A DNA stretch of 64,000 bases from an uncultured bacterium (GCA_900548385.1 URKJ01000012.1:24101-88100), one strand, 5' to 3'; counted from the stretch's first letter, positions 44,325-54,285 are shown. The notes: a model not told the origin generated them from the letters alone. A program made the numbers and translations.

Positions 44325-44367
44325 CGCCGTTATCCTGTTTAATGACCAGTGTTCTAGTACAGTTATA

Positions 44368-44396
44368 ATTATACAACAAAATCATGAAAATGTCAA
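44368..44396 (-). promoter_or_regulatory. consensus sigma70 promoter of cassette c
   Basis: Minus strand: TTGACA (44396-44391), 17-nt spacer, TATAAT (44373-44368), preceded by ccctc and a T-rich tract. Lies 43 nt upstream of ATG 44324. Confidence 0.65.
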
Positions 44397-44558
44397 GAGG
44401 GTAATTCAGAAAAAAATTGAATTTTGTCAGAATGCGAATGGACAAAGCGGAGATCATTTTATAAAACAGCTGTTGAAAATCACCGTAAAAAACAGCGGTT
44501 TCTTAGGAAGCAGAGCGGAATTTTTGAGACTTTATATGCATTTTCTTATTTTTAAGAG

Positions 44559-44587
44559 TTGACTTTTGAAGAAAAATAGCATATAAT
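44559..44587 (+). promoter_or_regulatory. orphan near-consensus sigma70 promoter
   Basis: TTGACT (44559-44564), 17-nt spacer, TATAAT (44582-44587). No ORF start lies within 200 nt. Confidence 0.6.
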
Positions 44588-44593
44588 TTAAAA

Positions 44594-44700
44594 AGAGGCG
44601 GAAGAGTGTTTTGAAAGACTTCCGCTATTTTCTGTGCGACCCTCCAATCCGGTCGGATGATTCTTCCTCGTCTGAGGAGTCTGACGGCCGGATTCTTTTT
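44594..44700 (+). ncRNA. candidate small RNA or attenuating leader (two terminator-like hairpins)
   Basis: Hairpin 1: GCGGAAG (44598-44604) / CTTCCGC (44619-44625), then TATTTTCT. Hairpin 2: AATCCGGTCG (44646-44655) / CGGCCGGATT (44685-44694) with inner TCCTC-GTCT-GAGGA, then TCTTTTT. Confidence 0.35.
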
Positions 44701-44805
44701 ATCTGTCTTTTTTGCGAATTATTTTCGTTCCGGAAATTGCTAATTCAGTTTCCGCGTGTAAATTACTTTCACACATATAATTTTTTTTAAAAAACGGAGT
44801 TCGGA

Positions 44806-46158
44806 TTGAAAACGCAGGAAGAAACACCGCGCATGGTCTGTATTGTCAGCCTCGGGTGTCCGAAAAATTTTGTCGATACGGAAATCGCCGCAGGGTCGCT
44901 TCTTTGCCGCGGACTTGGGATCACCGGGGATGAAGATGAGGCGGATGTCATGCTGATTAATACCTGTGCCTTCATTGACACCGCGCGCAAAGAGTCTGTC
45001 GATGTGATCAGGGGAGCGATCCGCTGGAAGAAGCGCCGTGCCGGTCGCCGCATTGTTGTGGCGGGGTGTCTGGTGCAGTGGAAAAAGGCGGATTCCGTGC
45101 GGGAAAAATTTCCGGAAGTCGATCTTTGGACCGGTATCGACTCCGTGGAACAGATGGGGGAACTGCTTGCCGGACTGGATGCCGGGACGTCCGCGGAACC
45201 GTCCGCGGAACCTTGTTATCTTTATAACGAAAAGACTTCCCGCGTTCTTCTGACGCCGGAGCATTATGCCTATATCAAGATTGCCGATGGCTGCGACAAC
45301 CGTTGTTCGTACTGTTCCATTCCGGATATTCGCGGTTCCCTGCGCAGCCGGACGGAAAAGTCGGTGCTGACCGAGGCGCAGTCATTGATCGACAACGGCG
45401 TGAAGGAGCTTATTATTATTGCGCAGGACACAACGGCGTTCCGCCGCGACAGGGGAGACAGGGACGCCGCGGCGAAACTGATCCGCAAGTTGGATCGGCT
45501 CAAGGGGGATTACTGGTTCCGTCTGATGTATCTGCACCCCGCTTCGGTGACGGATGCAGTGATCGGTGCGATGGCGGATGCCCGTCACCTCGCGCGCTGC
45601 GTGGAGATGCCGCTTCAGCATATTTCCGACCGGATTCTCCTTTCCATGGGCAGAAAAGTCGGCGAAGAGGCGACCCGCGAAGCGGTCCGCCGGGTCCGGG
45701 AAGAGGCGCATTGCGCGATCCGGACCACTTTCATGACCGGTTTTCCCGGAGAGACGGCGGAGGATTTTGAAAAGCTGCTCCGTTATGTTCAGGAACAGAG
45801 ATTTGCGCGCCTCGGTGCGTTTTACTATTCGCCGGAGGAGGGAACGCCCGCGGCGGCGTTCCGGAATCAGGTTCCGCGCAAACTGGCGATGGAGCGTTAT
45901 GAGAGGATCATGCAGGCGCAGAATGCGATTTCTCTTGCCACCAACAAGGCGTTGATCGGAACGGAGATCGAGGTGATGGTCGATTCCGTGGAGGGGCGCG
46001 GCAAAGCTCTCGGACGGAGCATGCTGGATGCGCCGCAGATCGACAATCAGATCGTATTGAAAAAGGTCCCGGCCGGTGTTGTTCCGGGAATGTTCGTGCG
46101 GGCGGCTGTCCGTTCTGCAAAAGCGTATGATATTACAGCGGATGTCACCGCGTTCTAG
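44806..46158 (+). CDS. rimO: ribosomal protein S12 methylthiotransferase RimO
   Basis: 450 aa from TTG 44806 (GGAG 6 nt upstream); ATG 44833 is an alternative. MTTase N-terminus SLGCPKN, radical-SAM CDNRCSYC, TRAM C-terminus. Confidence 0.9.
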   Translation: MKTQEETPRMVCIVSLGCPKNFVDTEIAAGSLLCRGLGITGDEDEADVMLINTCAFIDTARKESVDVIRGAIRWKKRRAGRRIVVAGCLVQWKKADSVREKFPEVDLWTGIDSVEQMGELLAGLDAGTSAEPSAEPCYLYNEKTSRVLLTPEHYAYIKIADGCDNRCSYCSIPDIRGSLRSRTEKSVLTEAQSLIDNGVKELIIIAQDTTAFRRDRGDRDAAAKLIRKLDRLKGDYWFRLMYLHPASVTDAVIGAMADARHLARCVEMPLQHISDRILLSMGRKVGEEATREAVRRVREEAHCAIRTTFMTGFPGETAEDFEKLLRYVQEQRFARLGAFYYSPEEGTPAAAFRNQVPRKLAMERYERIMQAQNAISLATNKALIGTEIEVMVDSVEGRGKALGRSMLDAPQIDNQIVLKKVPAGVVPGMFVRAAVRSAKAYDITADVTAF

Positions 46159-46171
46159 GGAGGAATGGACA

Positions 46172-46786
46172 GTGACTTACAGTATGAAAAATTTGCCGAA
46201 CCGGATAACTCTGAGCCGGATCCTGCTGATCTTTGTCTTTGTGGCGCTTGCGAATATCCGCAGCGACAGTGTCGGTTTTTTCATTCCGACGGTCAGCCCG
46301 GAATCGGCGCAGGTCTGTCATATTATTGCTTATATCGTGGCGATTCTTGCCGCGTTCACCGACATGCTGGACGGCTATCTTGCGCGCCGGTTTCATCTGG
46401 AAAGCGATTTCGGGCGTCTGGTTGACCCGCTTGCGGATAAGATTTTCGTGGTGGGAACGTTCGTAATGATGGCGGAATACAAGCTCATGCCGGGGTGGAT
46501 CATTATTGTGGTTCTGACCCGTGAATTCATGGTGACGGGACTCCGTATGCTGGCAACTCACAAAGGCGTTGTAATCTCCGCGGACAAATGGGGCAAACTC
46601 AAGACGATTCTGCAAATGATCTCGCTGCTGATCGGCGGAGCCGCCTGGGTGCAGATGTTTGACATTCATCAGAAAACAATCTGGGTCGTCTGGTACATTC
46701 TTCTTCTGGTCATGACGCTGGTCACGATCCTTTCCGGGATCGGCTATTTCCTGAAAAACAAACATCTCTACATGGAAAATACATGA
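46172..46786 (+). CDS. pgsA: CDP-diacylglycerol--glycerol-3-phosphate 3-phosphatidyltransferase (CDP-alcohol phosphatidyltransferase family)
   Basis: GTG 46172 (GGAGG 8 nt upstream) or ATG 46184. Motif DMLDGYLARRFHLESDFGRLVDPLADK. Multiple TM helices. Confidence 0.8.
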   Translation: MTYSMKNLPNRITLSRILLIFVFVALANIRSDSVGFFIPTVSPESAQVCHIIAYIVAILAAFTDMLDGYLARRFHLESDFGRLVDPLADKIFVVGTFVMMAEYKLMPGWIIIVVLTREFMVTGLRMLATHKGVVISADKWGKLKTILQMISLLIGGAAWVQMFDIHQKTIWVVWYILLLVMTLVTILSGIGYFLKNKHLYMENT

Positions 46787-48129
46787 CGCAAAACCTTACA
46801 GCGGAAAAAATGGATGAATTTTCCCAGACGGAAACCGCTGCGGAAAAGAAACCGAAGTCCGGAGCGTTTCTGGTCGGCGTGACGGAGCAGGGAGAACTCC
46901 CGCAGGATGCCCGTGAACATCTTGACGAGCTCCGCGAGCTGGTTTCGACTTTGGGATTTCCCGTCGTCGGGGAAATGATGACGGTGATCCGTGTTCCGAA
47001 TGTAAAGTTTTATCTGGGTTCCGGCAAGGCGGAAGAAGTCTGCAATGCGGCGAAACAGGCCGGCGCGGAACTGATTGTATTTGATACGGAGCTGGGTCCC
47101 TCCCAGCAACGCAATCTGGAGCGTCTTGCGCGGACGAATGTCGTGGACCGTCAGGAGATTATTCTTGATATTTTTGCCGAGCGTGCGCAGACCCGGGAAG
47201 CGGTTTTGCAGGTGGAACTGGCGCGCAACAAATATTTCCTGCCCCGTCTCACGCGCGCGTGGAGTCATCTTTCCCGTCAGCGCGGCGGAGCGAAAGGAAC
47301 ACGCGGCGAGGGGGAGAAGCAGATCGAATATGACCGCCGCATGGTCAAACAGCGCATTTCCCAGCTGGAAGTGGAACTTGCGACGGTCCGCAGGCAGCGG
47401 GATGTGCAGCGGAAAGGGCGTATCCGGCGGGCGATGCCGCTTGCGGCGATCGTCGGTTACACCAATGCGGGGAAATCTTCTCTGCTGAATGCGCTGACCG
47501 GATCGGAGGCATTGGTGGAAAACAAGCTCTTTGCCACGCTTGATCCCACGACCCGCAAACTGGTGCTTCCCAATAAGAGCGAACTTCTGCTGACCGATAC
47601 GGTTGGATTTGTCCGTAAATTGCCTCATTCGCTGATCGAAGCGTTCAAATCGACGCTGGAGGAGGCGGTTCTTGCCGATTTCCTTGTAATGGTGCTGGAT
47701 ATTTCGAGTCCGGATGTGGAATCGCACTGGCAGACGACGCTTTCGGTGCTTTCCGAACTCGGAGCGCAGGAAAAACCGATGCTGACGGTGTTCAACAAGA
47801 GCGACCGCCAGAAAGATGCGCTGATCCGGACGCGTCTGCGTTCGCTGGATCCGGACGGGGTGTTCATCTCCTGCCGTACCGGAGAAGGGCTTGACGACCT
47901 GCGCAAGTCTCTGATCGCATTCATGAAGAAACGGACGCTGATTGACGATCTTCTGATTCCGCCGGACCGCCCCGACGCTGTGGCGGCGGTCTATTCCAGG
48001 GCTTCGCTGCTGGACGGGGAGTATCTGGATGACGGTTCGTTCTGCTGTACGGTGCGTATTCCCGATGCGCAGAGTGAGTTTTTTGCACCGTTTTCCCGCT
48101 TGATAATTGAAAATAAAATGGAGGAATAA
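46783..48129 (+). CDS. hflX: GTPase HflX
   Basis: 448 aa. ATGA overlap with pgsA. HflX N-domain and G1 GYTNAGKSSLLNALT. Confidence 0.9.
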   Translation: MTQNLTAEKMDEFSQTETAAEKKPKSGAFLVGVTEQGELPQDAREHLDELRELVSTLGFPVVGEMMTVIRVPNVKFYLGSGKAEEVCNAAKQAGAELIVFDTELGPSQQRNLERLARTNVVDRQEIILDIFAERAQTREAVLQVELARNKYFLPRLTRAWSHLSRQRGGAKGTRGEGEKQIEYDRRMVKQRISQLEVELATVRRQRDVQRKGRIRRAMPLAAIVGYTNAGKSSLLNALTGSEALVENKLFATLDPTTRKLVLPNKSELLLTDTVGFVRKLPHSLIEAFKSTLEEAVLADFLVMVLDISSPDVESHWQTTLSVLSELGAQEKPMLTVFNKSDRQKDALIRTRLRSLDPDGVFISCRTGEGLDDLRKSLIAFMKKRTLIDDLLIPPDRPDAVAAVYSRASLLDGEYLDDGSFCCTVRIPDAQSEFFAPFSRLIIENKMEE

Positions 48130-48132
48130 TAT

Positions 48133-51100
48133 ATGAAATTCAAGTTGATGGCTGCATTGGCGCTTGCTGTGGCGCTTCCGGTTCAGCCGGTGTTTTCGCA
48201 GAGTGGGTCCGGAGCGTCGTCTCAGGCGTCGTCCGATGTCTGGAGCACCTGGCGCAAAGGATTCGAGAGCTATGAGCAGGCGGAAAAAGCGGTAAAAAAT
48301 AAAGATTACAGCCTTGCGATCTCCCATTACCGGATGTCTCTGAATTCATTCCGGGCGGTAAGAAAATCGAATCCGAACTGGAACCGCAGTGTGATCAGCT
48401 ACCGGATTGACCTCTGTCTCCGCCGGATCCGGGCGGCGCAGGAATTGCAGGTTGCCGCTGCGAAGAAAGCGGTTCCCGAAAAACCGAAAGCCGTGGTCAA
48501 CGCTGTTCCGAAACGTCCGGTTCCCCAGCGTGAGGACTTTGTGACGCAGTCGCTGAAAATGCGCGCGCGTCTTGCCGAAGCGGAAAAGGAAATCGCTGCG
48601 TTGAAACGTTCGATTGAACTCAATACGAAAGCCGCGGAGCAGGTGAAGAATCTGATCAAAGAGAAAAATGAGCTCGTGGAAAAGAACAATATGCTCACGC
48701 TTCTCCTTGAGGATTCCAAAGAAAAGCTCAAACGTGCGGACCGTAACCGTGACCGTGACCGCCGGATCGTGGAGGAAAAAGCCAAAGTCACGGCGCTCTC
48801 CGATAAACTCCGCAGTCTGGAAGTGGAGATGGATACGCTGAAACGTCAGAAAGCGGAAGCACAGAACCGCCGGAATGAAGCGGAACTCGCGTTACGGCAG
48901 AATGTGCAGCAGATCACCGCCTTGACCGCCGCGGTCGAGACTTCAAGACTGGTTCAGAAAGAGAATCAGCTTCTGCTCGCTCAGGTCGTGGAAATGAAAA
49001 AGGACCGGACCGAACTGGAAAAGAAACTGAATGAAGCGACCCGGAAGATTGCAGATCTGAACTCCCAGCTGACGAAAATCCGCGAGGGAATCGACCTGCC
49101 GGAAAATATCCGCCGGATTCAGGATAATGCCAATGTGGTCATGAAAGACAACGAGTATCTCCGGACACTGAATACAAAAAATATGAAAGAACTGGAGCTG
49201 CTCCGTAAAAGCAATCAGGCGTCCGCCGCCGAACTGGCGAAAGTTACGGCGCAGTACAAGGAGGCTGCCGCCGGCTACAGCCTGGCGTCCCGGCAGGCGC
49301 TCCAGGCGCAGACTCAGCTTTCCGCAACCGAAAAACTGGCTGAATCGTACCGGAATTCCGTGGAATTGCTGCAAAAAGAGCGCGACGGGCTCAAAAACGA
49401 GCTTTCCGCGTTTGCTTCCCGTTATGAATCCCTGCTGAAAAACGCATCGCGTTCGGATTCTCTCTCCGCGGAACTGCTGAAAAAGGAAAAGGAACTGCAG
49501 GAGCTTGCGAAGAAGACAACGGCACTGGATCTTGCATTTTCCAAACTCAAACAGGAACATGCCGCCGCCTTGCAGCTCAGTTCGGAGCTGCAAGCCAATA
49601 CGGCACGTCTTTCCGCAGAAAATCTGAAATTGAAAACCGATGCCGAAAAACTGCGCTCTGCGGCCTCCCGTGCGGAAGAACTCGGACAGAAATTCCGGCT
49701 TCTGGCGGCTGAAAATGAAACGCTCCGGAAGGAAGCCGCCTCTTTCCGTGCGGCTATGGATAAATTCGGCGTGGAAGCCGCCGCAGGTCAAGTGTTGGCC
49801 CGTGAAAAAGCCGCACTCGCCGCCGAACACGCCCGGTTGAAACAGCGTGCCGATTCCCTGAAACAGGATTTCGACCGGGTTTCTGCGGAACGCACAAAAC
49901 TGCTGGCGGAAAAAAATGTTGCGAAAGACAGCGCTGATCTTCTGCGGAAATACAAGGAAGTCGTGGCTAACAATAATCGTCTTTCCGCGGAATACGCCGG
50001 TTTGAAGCAGGAATTTGAGCGGTTCAAAGCGTCTGCCGCAAAGGTGAATCAGGCAGGATTCTCTTCCGGAAAAACCGTTGAGGAGAATGAGCGCCTGAAA
50101 CGCGAAGCCGCGGAATTGCGCGGAAAACTTACTGATTATATGAGAAAAGCGGATGCGTCTGCCGCATCCATTGCCGGATTGACAGAGGAAAACAACCGTT
50201 TGAAGCAGAGCATTGACGCTTCCGTCAAGAGTGCCGGGCAGTTTGAAGCGGAAAATGCCAGACTCAAAAAAGAGTTTGACGCATTGAAGACCACGCTTGA
50301 CGCTCAGGCTGTGGACAATGCCGGATTGAAAAAGGCGCTTGCCGAACAGCAGGCTTTGCAGGAGCGTTCCAATACTTTGATCGCGGAAAACCGGAAACTC
50401 CGGGCGGAACTCGACGATTTGAGAAAAACAGCATCCGGAAGCGATCTTTCCGCCCGTATTAAAACCCTGAGTTCGCAAAACGATTCTCTGCGGACCGAAG
50501 TCGCCACTCTGAAAGGCAGTGTGGCACGGCTGATCAAACTGGCGGAACATCCGGAGCTTGCTTCTCAGCAGCTCGAACAGACCGTTCAGGAAAACAGCGG
50601 GATGAAATTGGAAATGCAGAAATTGAAAGCGCATGTGGAAACGCTCAATGCCCAGCTGGCGGAAAATGAGAAGCGGCGTAAAGAGAACGATGCCCGGCTT
50701 GTCGCCTTGCTGGCATCGGTGCGTAATTCGCAGGCGTTTATCAAACAGCGGGATGAAACGATCCGCGGGCTCACGGAGCAGATTGAGCGGCTCAAGCGTC
50801 TTGACTCGACTTCCGCGGCGAAAGAGATCACCCAGCTTTCCGCAACCGTTACCGAGCTCAAGGAGGGAAAGGTGCAGTTTGAAACCGCGCTTGCGAATTT
50901 GAACGCTGCCCGCAAGAAACTTGAAACGGAGAATGCCGGATTGAAAGCCCGTCTTGAACTGGCGGGACGTGAAACCGAAGCACTCAAAAAACAGCTTGGT
51001 CAGCCCCGTCCGCAGGGCGAACTGGAACGCCGCAACCTTGAACTGCTGGAAGCCGCGTCAAAATATGAAAAACTGTATTCGCAGACATCCAAAGAGCGCA

Positions 51101-51882
51101 GCGAGCTTTCCGGACGCGTCAAAAATCTGGATAAGGAGATCGCAGAAGCGAAACAGCGTCTTGCGGAATCCGGTTCCACGATTGAACTGATGCGGAAAGA
51201 GCTGAAACGGTGGACCGACGATCCCATCAGCATGAACGATCAGACCGTTTATAAAAAGAATCTTGCTCTGGATTCGATTGTCGGCGAGAATGAAACGCTC
51301 CGTCGTGAAGTGGAGCGTCTCAAGACGGAACTTTCCGTTTCCAACGATTCTCTCCGCAAGAGCAGGCTGGCGATGGTCGGCATGGAAAAACGGTTCCGGG
51401 AAGTCCTGTTTTCCCTGAAAGAGTATAAACAGGAGAATCCGTCCGCCGTTCTTCTGATCGACAGCCGGAAACAGCAGGAAGAGGACCGCGCGGAGGAAGA
51501 GAAGCTGAAAAAACATCAGGCGATTATCGCCAAATCCAGAGAACAGCAGCAGAAAAAGAACACGGAAAAAGCCGTCGGGAAGAAAGCTGTTCCCGTCGTG
51601 AAAGCAGAACCGGAAAAAGGAAAAGCTGCTGACGAAGCGAAGTATAAATCCGCGATGTCGATTGCCGTGAAAGCGGAGAAAGAGAAAAATATGGCGGTGG
51701 CGCTGATGAATTACTGGCGCGCAGTCGATGCGTGGCCGGAAAGCGTGGAGGCTTATTCCGGTCTGACGCGGGTTTATCTGGCGCGCGGCGATAAGGCCAG
51801 CGCACAGAAAGCATACGAGACCGCCCGGAAATTCGGGCTTGAACAATCCAAAGAACTGGAAAACAAACTTTACGGAGAATAA
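48133..51882 (+). CDS. exported giant coiled-coil protein with TPR-like termini
   Basis: 1249 aa. Signal peptide MKFKLMAALALAVALPVQPVFSQ. About 1000 aa are heptad-rich and dominated by E/K/L/A/R, with recurring EN.RLK.E units. TPR-like helices at both ends. RBS GGAGG. Confidence 0.75.
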   Translation: MKFKLMAALALAVALPVQPVFSQSGSGASSQASSDVWSTWRKGFESYEQAEKAVKNKDYSLAISHYRMSLNSFRAVRKSNPNWNRSVISYRIDLCLRRIRAAQELQVAAAKKAVPEKPKAVVNAVPKRPVPQREDFVTQSLKMRARLAEAEKEIAALKRSIELNTKAAEQVKNLIKEKNELVEKNNMLTLLLEDSKEKLKRADRNRDRDRRIVEEKAKVTALSDKLRSLEVEMDTLKRQKAEAQNRRNEAELALRQNVQQITALTAAVETSRLVQKENQLLLAQVVEMKKDRTELEKKLNEATRKIADLNSQLTKIREGIDLPENIRRIQDNANVVMKDNEYLRTLNTKNMKELELLRKSNQASAAELAKVTAQYKEAAAGYSLASRQALQAQTQLSATEKLAESYRNSVELLQKERDGLKNELSAFASRYESLLKNASRSDSLSAELLKKEKELQELAKKTTALDLAFSKLKQEHAAALQLSSELQANTARLSAENLKLKTDAEKLRSAASRAEELGQKFRLLAAENETLRKEAASFRAAMDKFGVEAAAGQVLAREKAALAAEHARLKQRADSLKQDFDRVSAERTKLLAEKNVAKDSADLLRKYKEVVANNNRLSAEYAGLKQEFERFKASAAKVNQAGFSSGKTVEENERLKREAAELRGKLTDYMRKADASAASIAGLTEENNRLKQSIDASVKSAGQFEAENARLKKEFDALKTTLDAQAVDNAGLKKALAEQQALQERSNTLIAENRKLRAELDDLRKTASGSDLSARIKTLSSQNDSLRTEVATLKGSVARLIKLAEHPELASQQLEQTVQENSGMKLEMQKLKAHVETLNAQLAENEKRRKENDARLVALLASVRNSQAFIKQRDETIRGLTEQIERLKRLDSTSAAKEITQLSATVTELKEGKVQFETALANLNAARKKLETENAGLKARLELAGRETEALKKQLGQPRPQGELERRNLELLEAASKYEKLYSQTSKERSELSGRVKNLDKEIAEAKQRLAESGSTIELMRKELKRWTDDPISMNDQTVYKKNLALDSIVGENETLRREVERLKTELSVSNDSLRKSRLAMVGMEKRFREVLFSLKEYKQENPSAVLLIDSRKQQEEDRAEEEKLKKHQAIIAKSREQQQKKNTEKAVGKKAVPVVKAEPEKGKAADEAKYKSAMSIAVKAEKEKNMAVALMNYWRAVDAWPESVEAYSGLTRVYLARGDKASAQKAYETARKFGLEQSKELENKLYGE

Positions 51883-51886
51883 TGCA

Positions 51887-52225
51887 ATGTCGATGTTCGG
51901 TTCCCTCGGTGAAATGGCCAATCTGATGAAGAAGTTCGGCGAAATTCAGAGCAATATGAAAAAAATGCAGGCGGAGCTTGCGGCGATCGAAGTGCGCGGC
52001 ACGTCATATTCCAATATCGCGGAGGTTGTGATGTCCGGCGATATGGTTGTCAAGAGCGTGAAACTGGATCCCGCGGCGCTTTCCGCTCAGAACCGCGAAC
52101 TGGTGGAAAACGCCGTACAGGAGGCAGTCGCTTCCGCGCTTCAGCAGGCGAAAATGGAAGGGGCGAAGCGTCTTTCCAATGCGACCGGCGGAATCAGCAT
52201 TCCCGGCCTGACGCCCGGAGCGTAA
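51887..52225 (+). CDS. ybaB: YbaB/EbfC-family nucleoid-associated protein
   Basis: Start at ATG 51887. MSMFGSLGEMANLMKKFGEIQSNMKKMQAEL... is typical of the family. Lies immediately upstream of recR. Confidence 0.85.
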   Translation: MSMFGSLGEMANLMKKFGEIQSNMKKMQAELAAIEVRGTSYSNIAEVVMSGDMVVKSVKLDPAALSAQNRELVENAVQEAVASALQQAKMEGAKRLSNATGGISIPGLTPGA

Positions 52226-52230
52226 CAGAA

Positions 52231-52851
52231 ATGAATTCCGCCGCATATCCGGAAGCGCTCCAGGAATTGATGGATCTTCTGCGCGGACTTCCCGGCGTCG
52301 GCCGGCGCAGTGCGGAGAGGATGGCACTTCAGCTTTACAGTTGGGATCCCGCCCGGCTGGAAGCTCTTGCGGAAACTCTCGGCACGCTGCATGAGCGGGT
52401 GGGAGTCTGCCCCGAATGCGGCGGTATGTCGTCCGGCAAAGAGGAACTGTGCGGGATCTGTTCCTCGCCGCTGCGTGATGCCGCACAAATTTGTGTGGTG
52501 GAGGATTTTCCGCAGATCCGTTCGATCGAAGCCGGAGGCGTGTACAAAGGGCGTTATCACGTTCTCGGCGGCACGCTTGCGCCGCTGGAGGGACGTCTCG
52601 CCGATTCGCTTTCCATTGAACCGCTTCTGAAACGGATCGCTGCCGGAGGTGTCCGGGAGGTGATTCTTGCGCTCAGTCCCGATGTGGAAGGACAGGCAAC
52701 TTCCATTTATCTTGCCAATTTACTGAAAGACAAACCGGTTAAGATCAGCCGTCCGGCGCAGGGGCTTCCGGCAGGTTCGGATCTCAGTTATGCGGATCCT
52801 GCAACGATTGCCGTGGCTTTGAACGGACGTACCGATTTCGGCCGCTCATAA
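52231..52851 (+). CDS. recR: recombination protein RecR
   Basis: 206 aa. HhH N-terminus LPGVGRRSAERMA, Cys4 finger CPECG...CGIC, Toprim VVEDF. Confidence 0.95.
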   Translation: MNSAAYPEALQELMDLLRGLPGVGRRSAERMALQLYSWDPARLEALAETLGTLHERVGVCPECGGMSSGKEELCGICSSPLRDAAQICVVEDFPQIRSIEAGGVYKGRYHVLGGTLAPLEGRLADSLSIEPLLKRIAAGGVREVILALSPDVEGQATSIYLANLLKDKPVKISRPAQGLPAGSDLSYADPATIAVALNGRTDFGRS

Positions 52852-52863
52852 CGGAGATTTATC

Positions 52864-54273
52864 ATGTCCAAATACCTGCTGCGTTCCACGCCGGAGTCCG
52901 TGGGGATTCCGTCATCCGCCCTGATCCGTCTCATTGCCGAACTGAAAAAACTGGATTCCCTGAACAGCATCATGGTTCTGCGCCACGGGCATGTCTGTGC
53001 GGAGGGATGGTGGAAACCGTATTCTCCGGATATTCCGCATATCCTGTTTTCTCTCAGCAAGAGTTTCACGTCGGTGGCGGTCGGTCTGGCGCAGGACGAG
53101 GGGCTGCTGAAGATTTCCGATACTCTGATCTCTTATTTCCCGGAATATGATGCGGTTGTCACCGATCCGCGTATGCGGAGTGTCACCCTGCGGAACCTGC
53201 TGACGATGGCGAGCGGACACGCCTCCTGTGCGCGTCCCGCGATGCTTGCCGATCCCGACGGGGACTGGGTGCGCGGTTTTCTTGCTTCCGCTTTGGAATA
53301 TGAGCCGGGCAGCCGTTTTGTTTACAATTCCGCCGCGACTTATATGCTGGCGGCAGTTCTGCGGAAAGTCACCGGAACGAATGTGCGGGAGTATCTGATT
53401 CCGCGTCTGTTTGATCCGCTCTGCATAACCCCCGGCATGTGGGAATGCTGCCCGAAGGGAACAAATGCCGGCGGATGGGGATTTTATCTCAAGACCGAGG
53501 ATCTTGCCAAATTCGCGCAGCTTCTTCTTGACGGCGGCGTCTGGAATGGCAGACCGCTGATCCCTGCCGACTATCTCCGGGAAGCCACGGGCAGGCAGAT
53601 TGACAATTCCATGAATGAAGCGCCCGACTGGAAACTTGGATACGGCTATCAGTTCTGGCAGAACCGGTACGGCTTCCGCGGCGACGGTGCATCCGGGCAG
53701 TATGCGATCGTGCTTCCGGAGCAGGATATTGCGATTGCCACGACTTCTGGACTTCCCGACATGCAGCGGATCCTGACGCTGATCTGGGATATTCTGCTCC
53801 CCGCCGTGACTTGCGACACTCTTCCGGAGAACCCGGCGGATCAGAACGAACTGACCGGACTTCTGAGTACGCTGTCGATTCCGCTTGCATCGGGGGATCT
53901 GACACGCCGTCATGCTCCCGCTGTCTGGAAGTTCCGTCCCAACGAGGCGGGAATCACGGATGTCGCCGTCTCGTTCGGCGAAAAAGACTGTCTGCTGGAA
54001 TTTCATTCAAGGCACGGCACGGAAAAACTGCGCGCCGGTTTCGGGTTCAACTGCGATAATCTTCTGCGTCTGAACGACAGCCTTCCGCGCCGCACCGCCG
54101 CGAGTGCCGCCTGGATTTCGGAAAACGTTCTGGAGATCAGACTCTGCTGTTACGAGGCGTCGTTCCGCGGGGAGTTCCGGCTTGATTTCGCGTCGATGGA
54201 AAAGCCGCTTGCAGGGTCCTGCCGCTTCTGTACATTCCGTACTCCGTTCCTGCCGGAACTGACAGCGGAATAG
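52864..54273 (+). CDS. beta-lactamase-family serine hydrolase
   Basis: 469 aa. S-x-x-K (SLSKSF) and Y-x-N (VYNSAAT) motifs. No signal peptide. Confidence 0.75.
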   Translation: MSKYLLRSTPESVGIPSSALIRLIAELKKLDSLNSIMVLRHGHVCAEGWWKPYSPDIPHILFSLSKSFTSVAVGLAQDEGLLKISDTLISYFPEYDAVVTDPRMRSVTLRNLLTMASGHASCARPAMLADPDGDWVRGFLASALEYEPGSRFVYNSAATYMLAAVLRKVTGTNVREYLIPRLFDPLCITPGMWECCPKGTNAGGWGFYLKTEDLAKFAQLLLDGGVWNGRPLIPADYLREATGRQIDNSMNEAPDWKLGYGYQFWQNRYGFRGDGASGQYAIVLPEQDIAIATTSGLPDMQRILTLIWDILLPAVTCDTLPENPADQNELTGLLSTLSIPLASGDLTRRHAPAVWKFRPNEAGITDVAVSFGEKDCLLEFHSRHGTEKLRAGFGFNCDNLLRLNDSLPRRTAASAAWISENVLEIRLCCYEASFRGEFRLDFASMEKPLAGSCRFCTFRTPFLPELTAE

Positions 54274-54285
54274 AGCCGGTTGACG

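Noticed and set aside
44657-44743. A 28-codon ORF (MILPRLRSLTAGFFLSVFFANYFRSGNC) inside the candidate sRNA/leader upstream of rimO, considered as a possible leader peptide.
   Set aside because: There is no Shine-Dalgarno-like sequence upstream. The start codon is buried in the 5' arm of the large hairpin, and the peptide has no regulatory codon run. It cannot be excluded without ribosome profiling.
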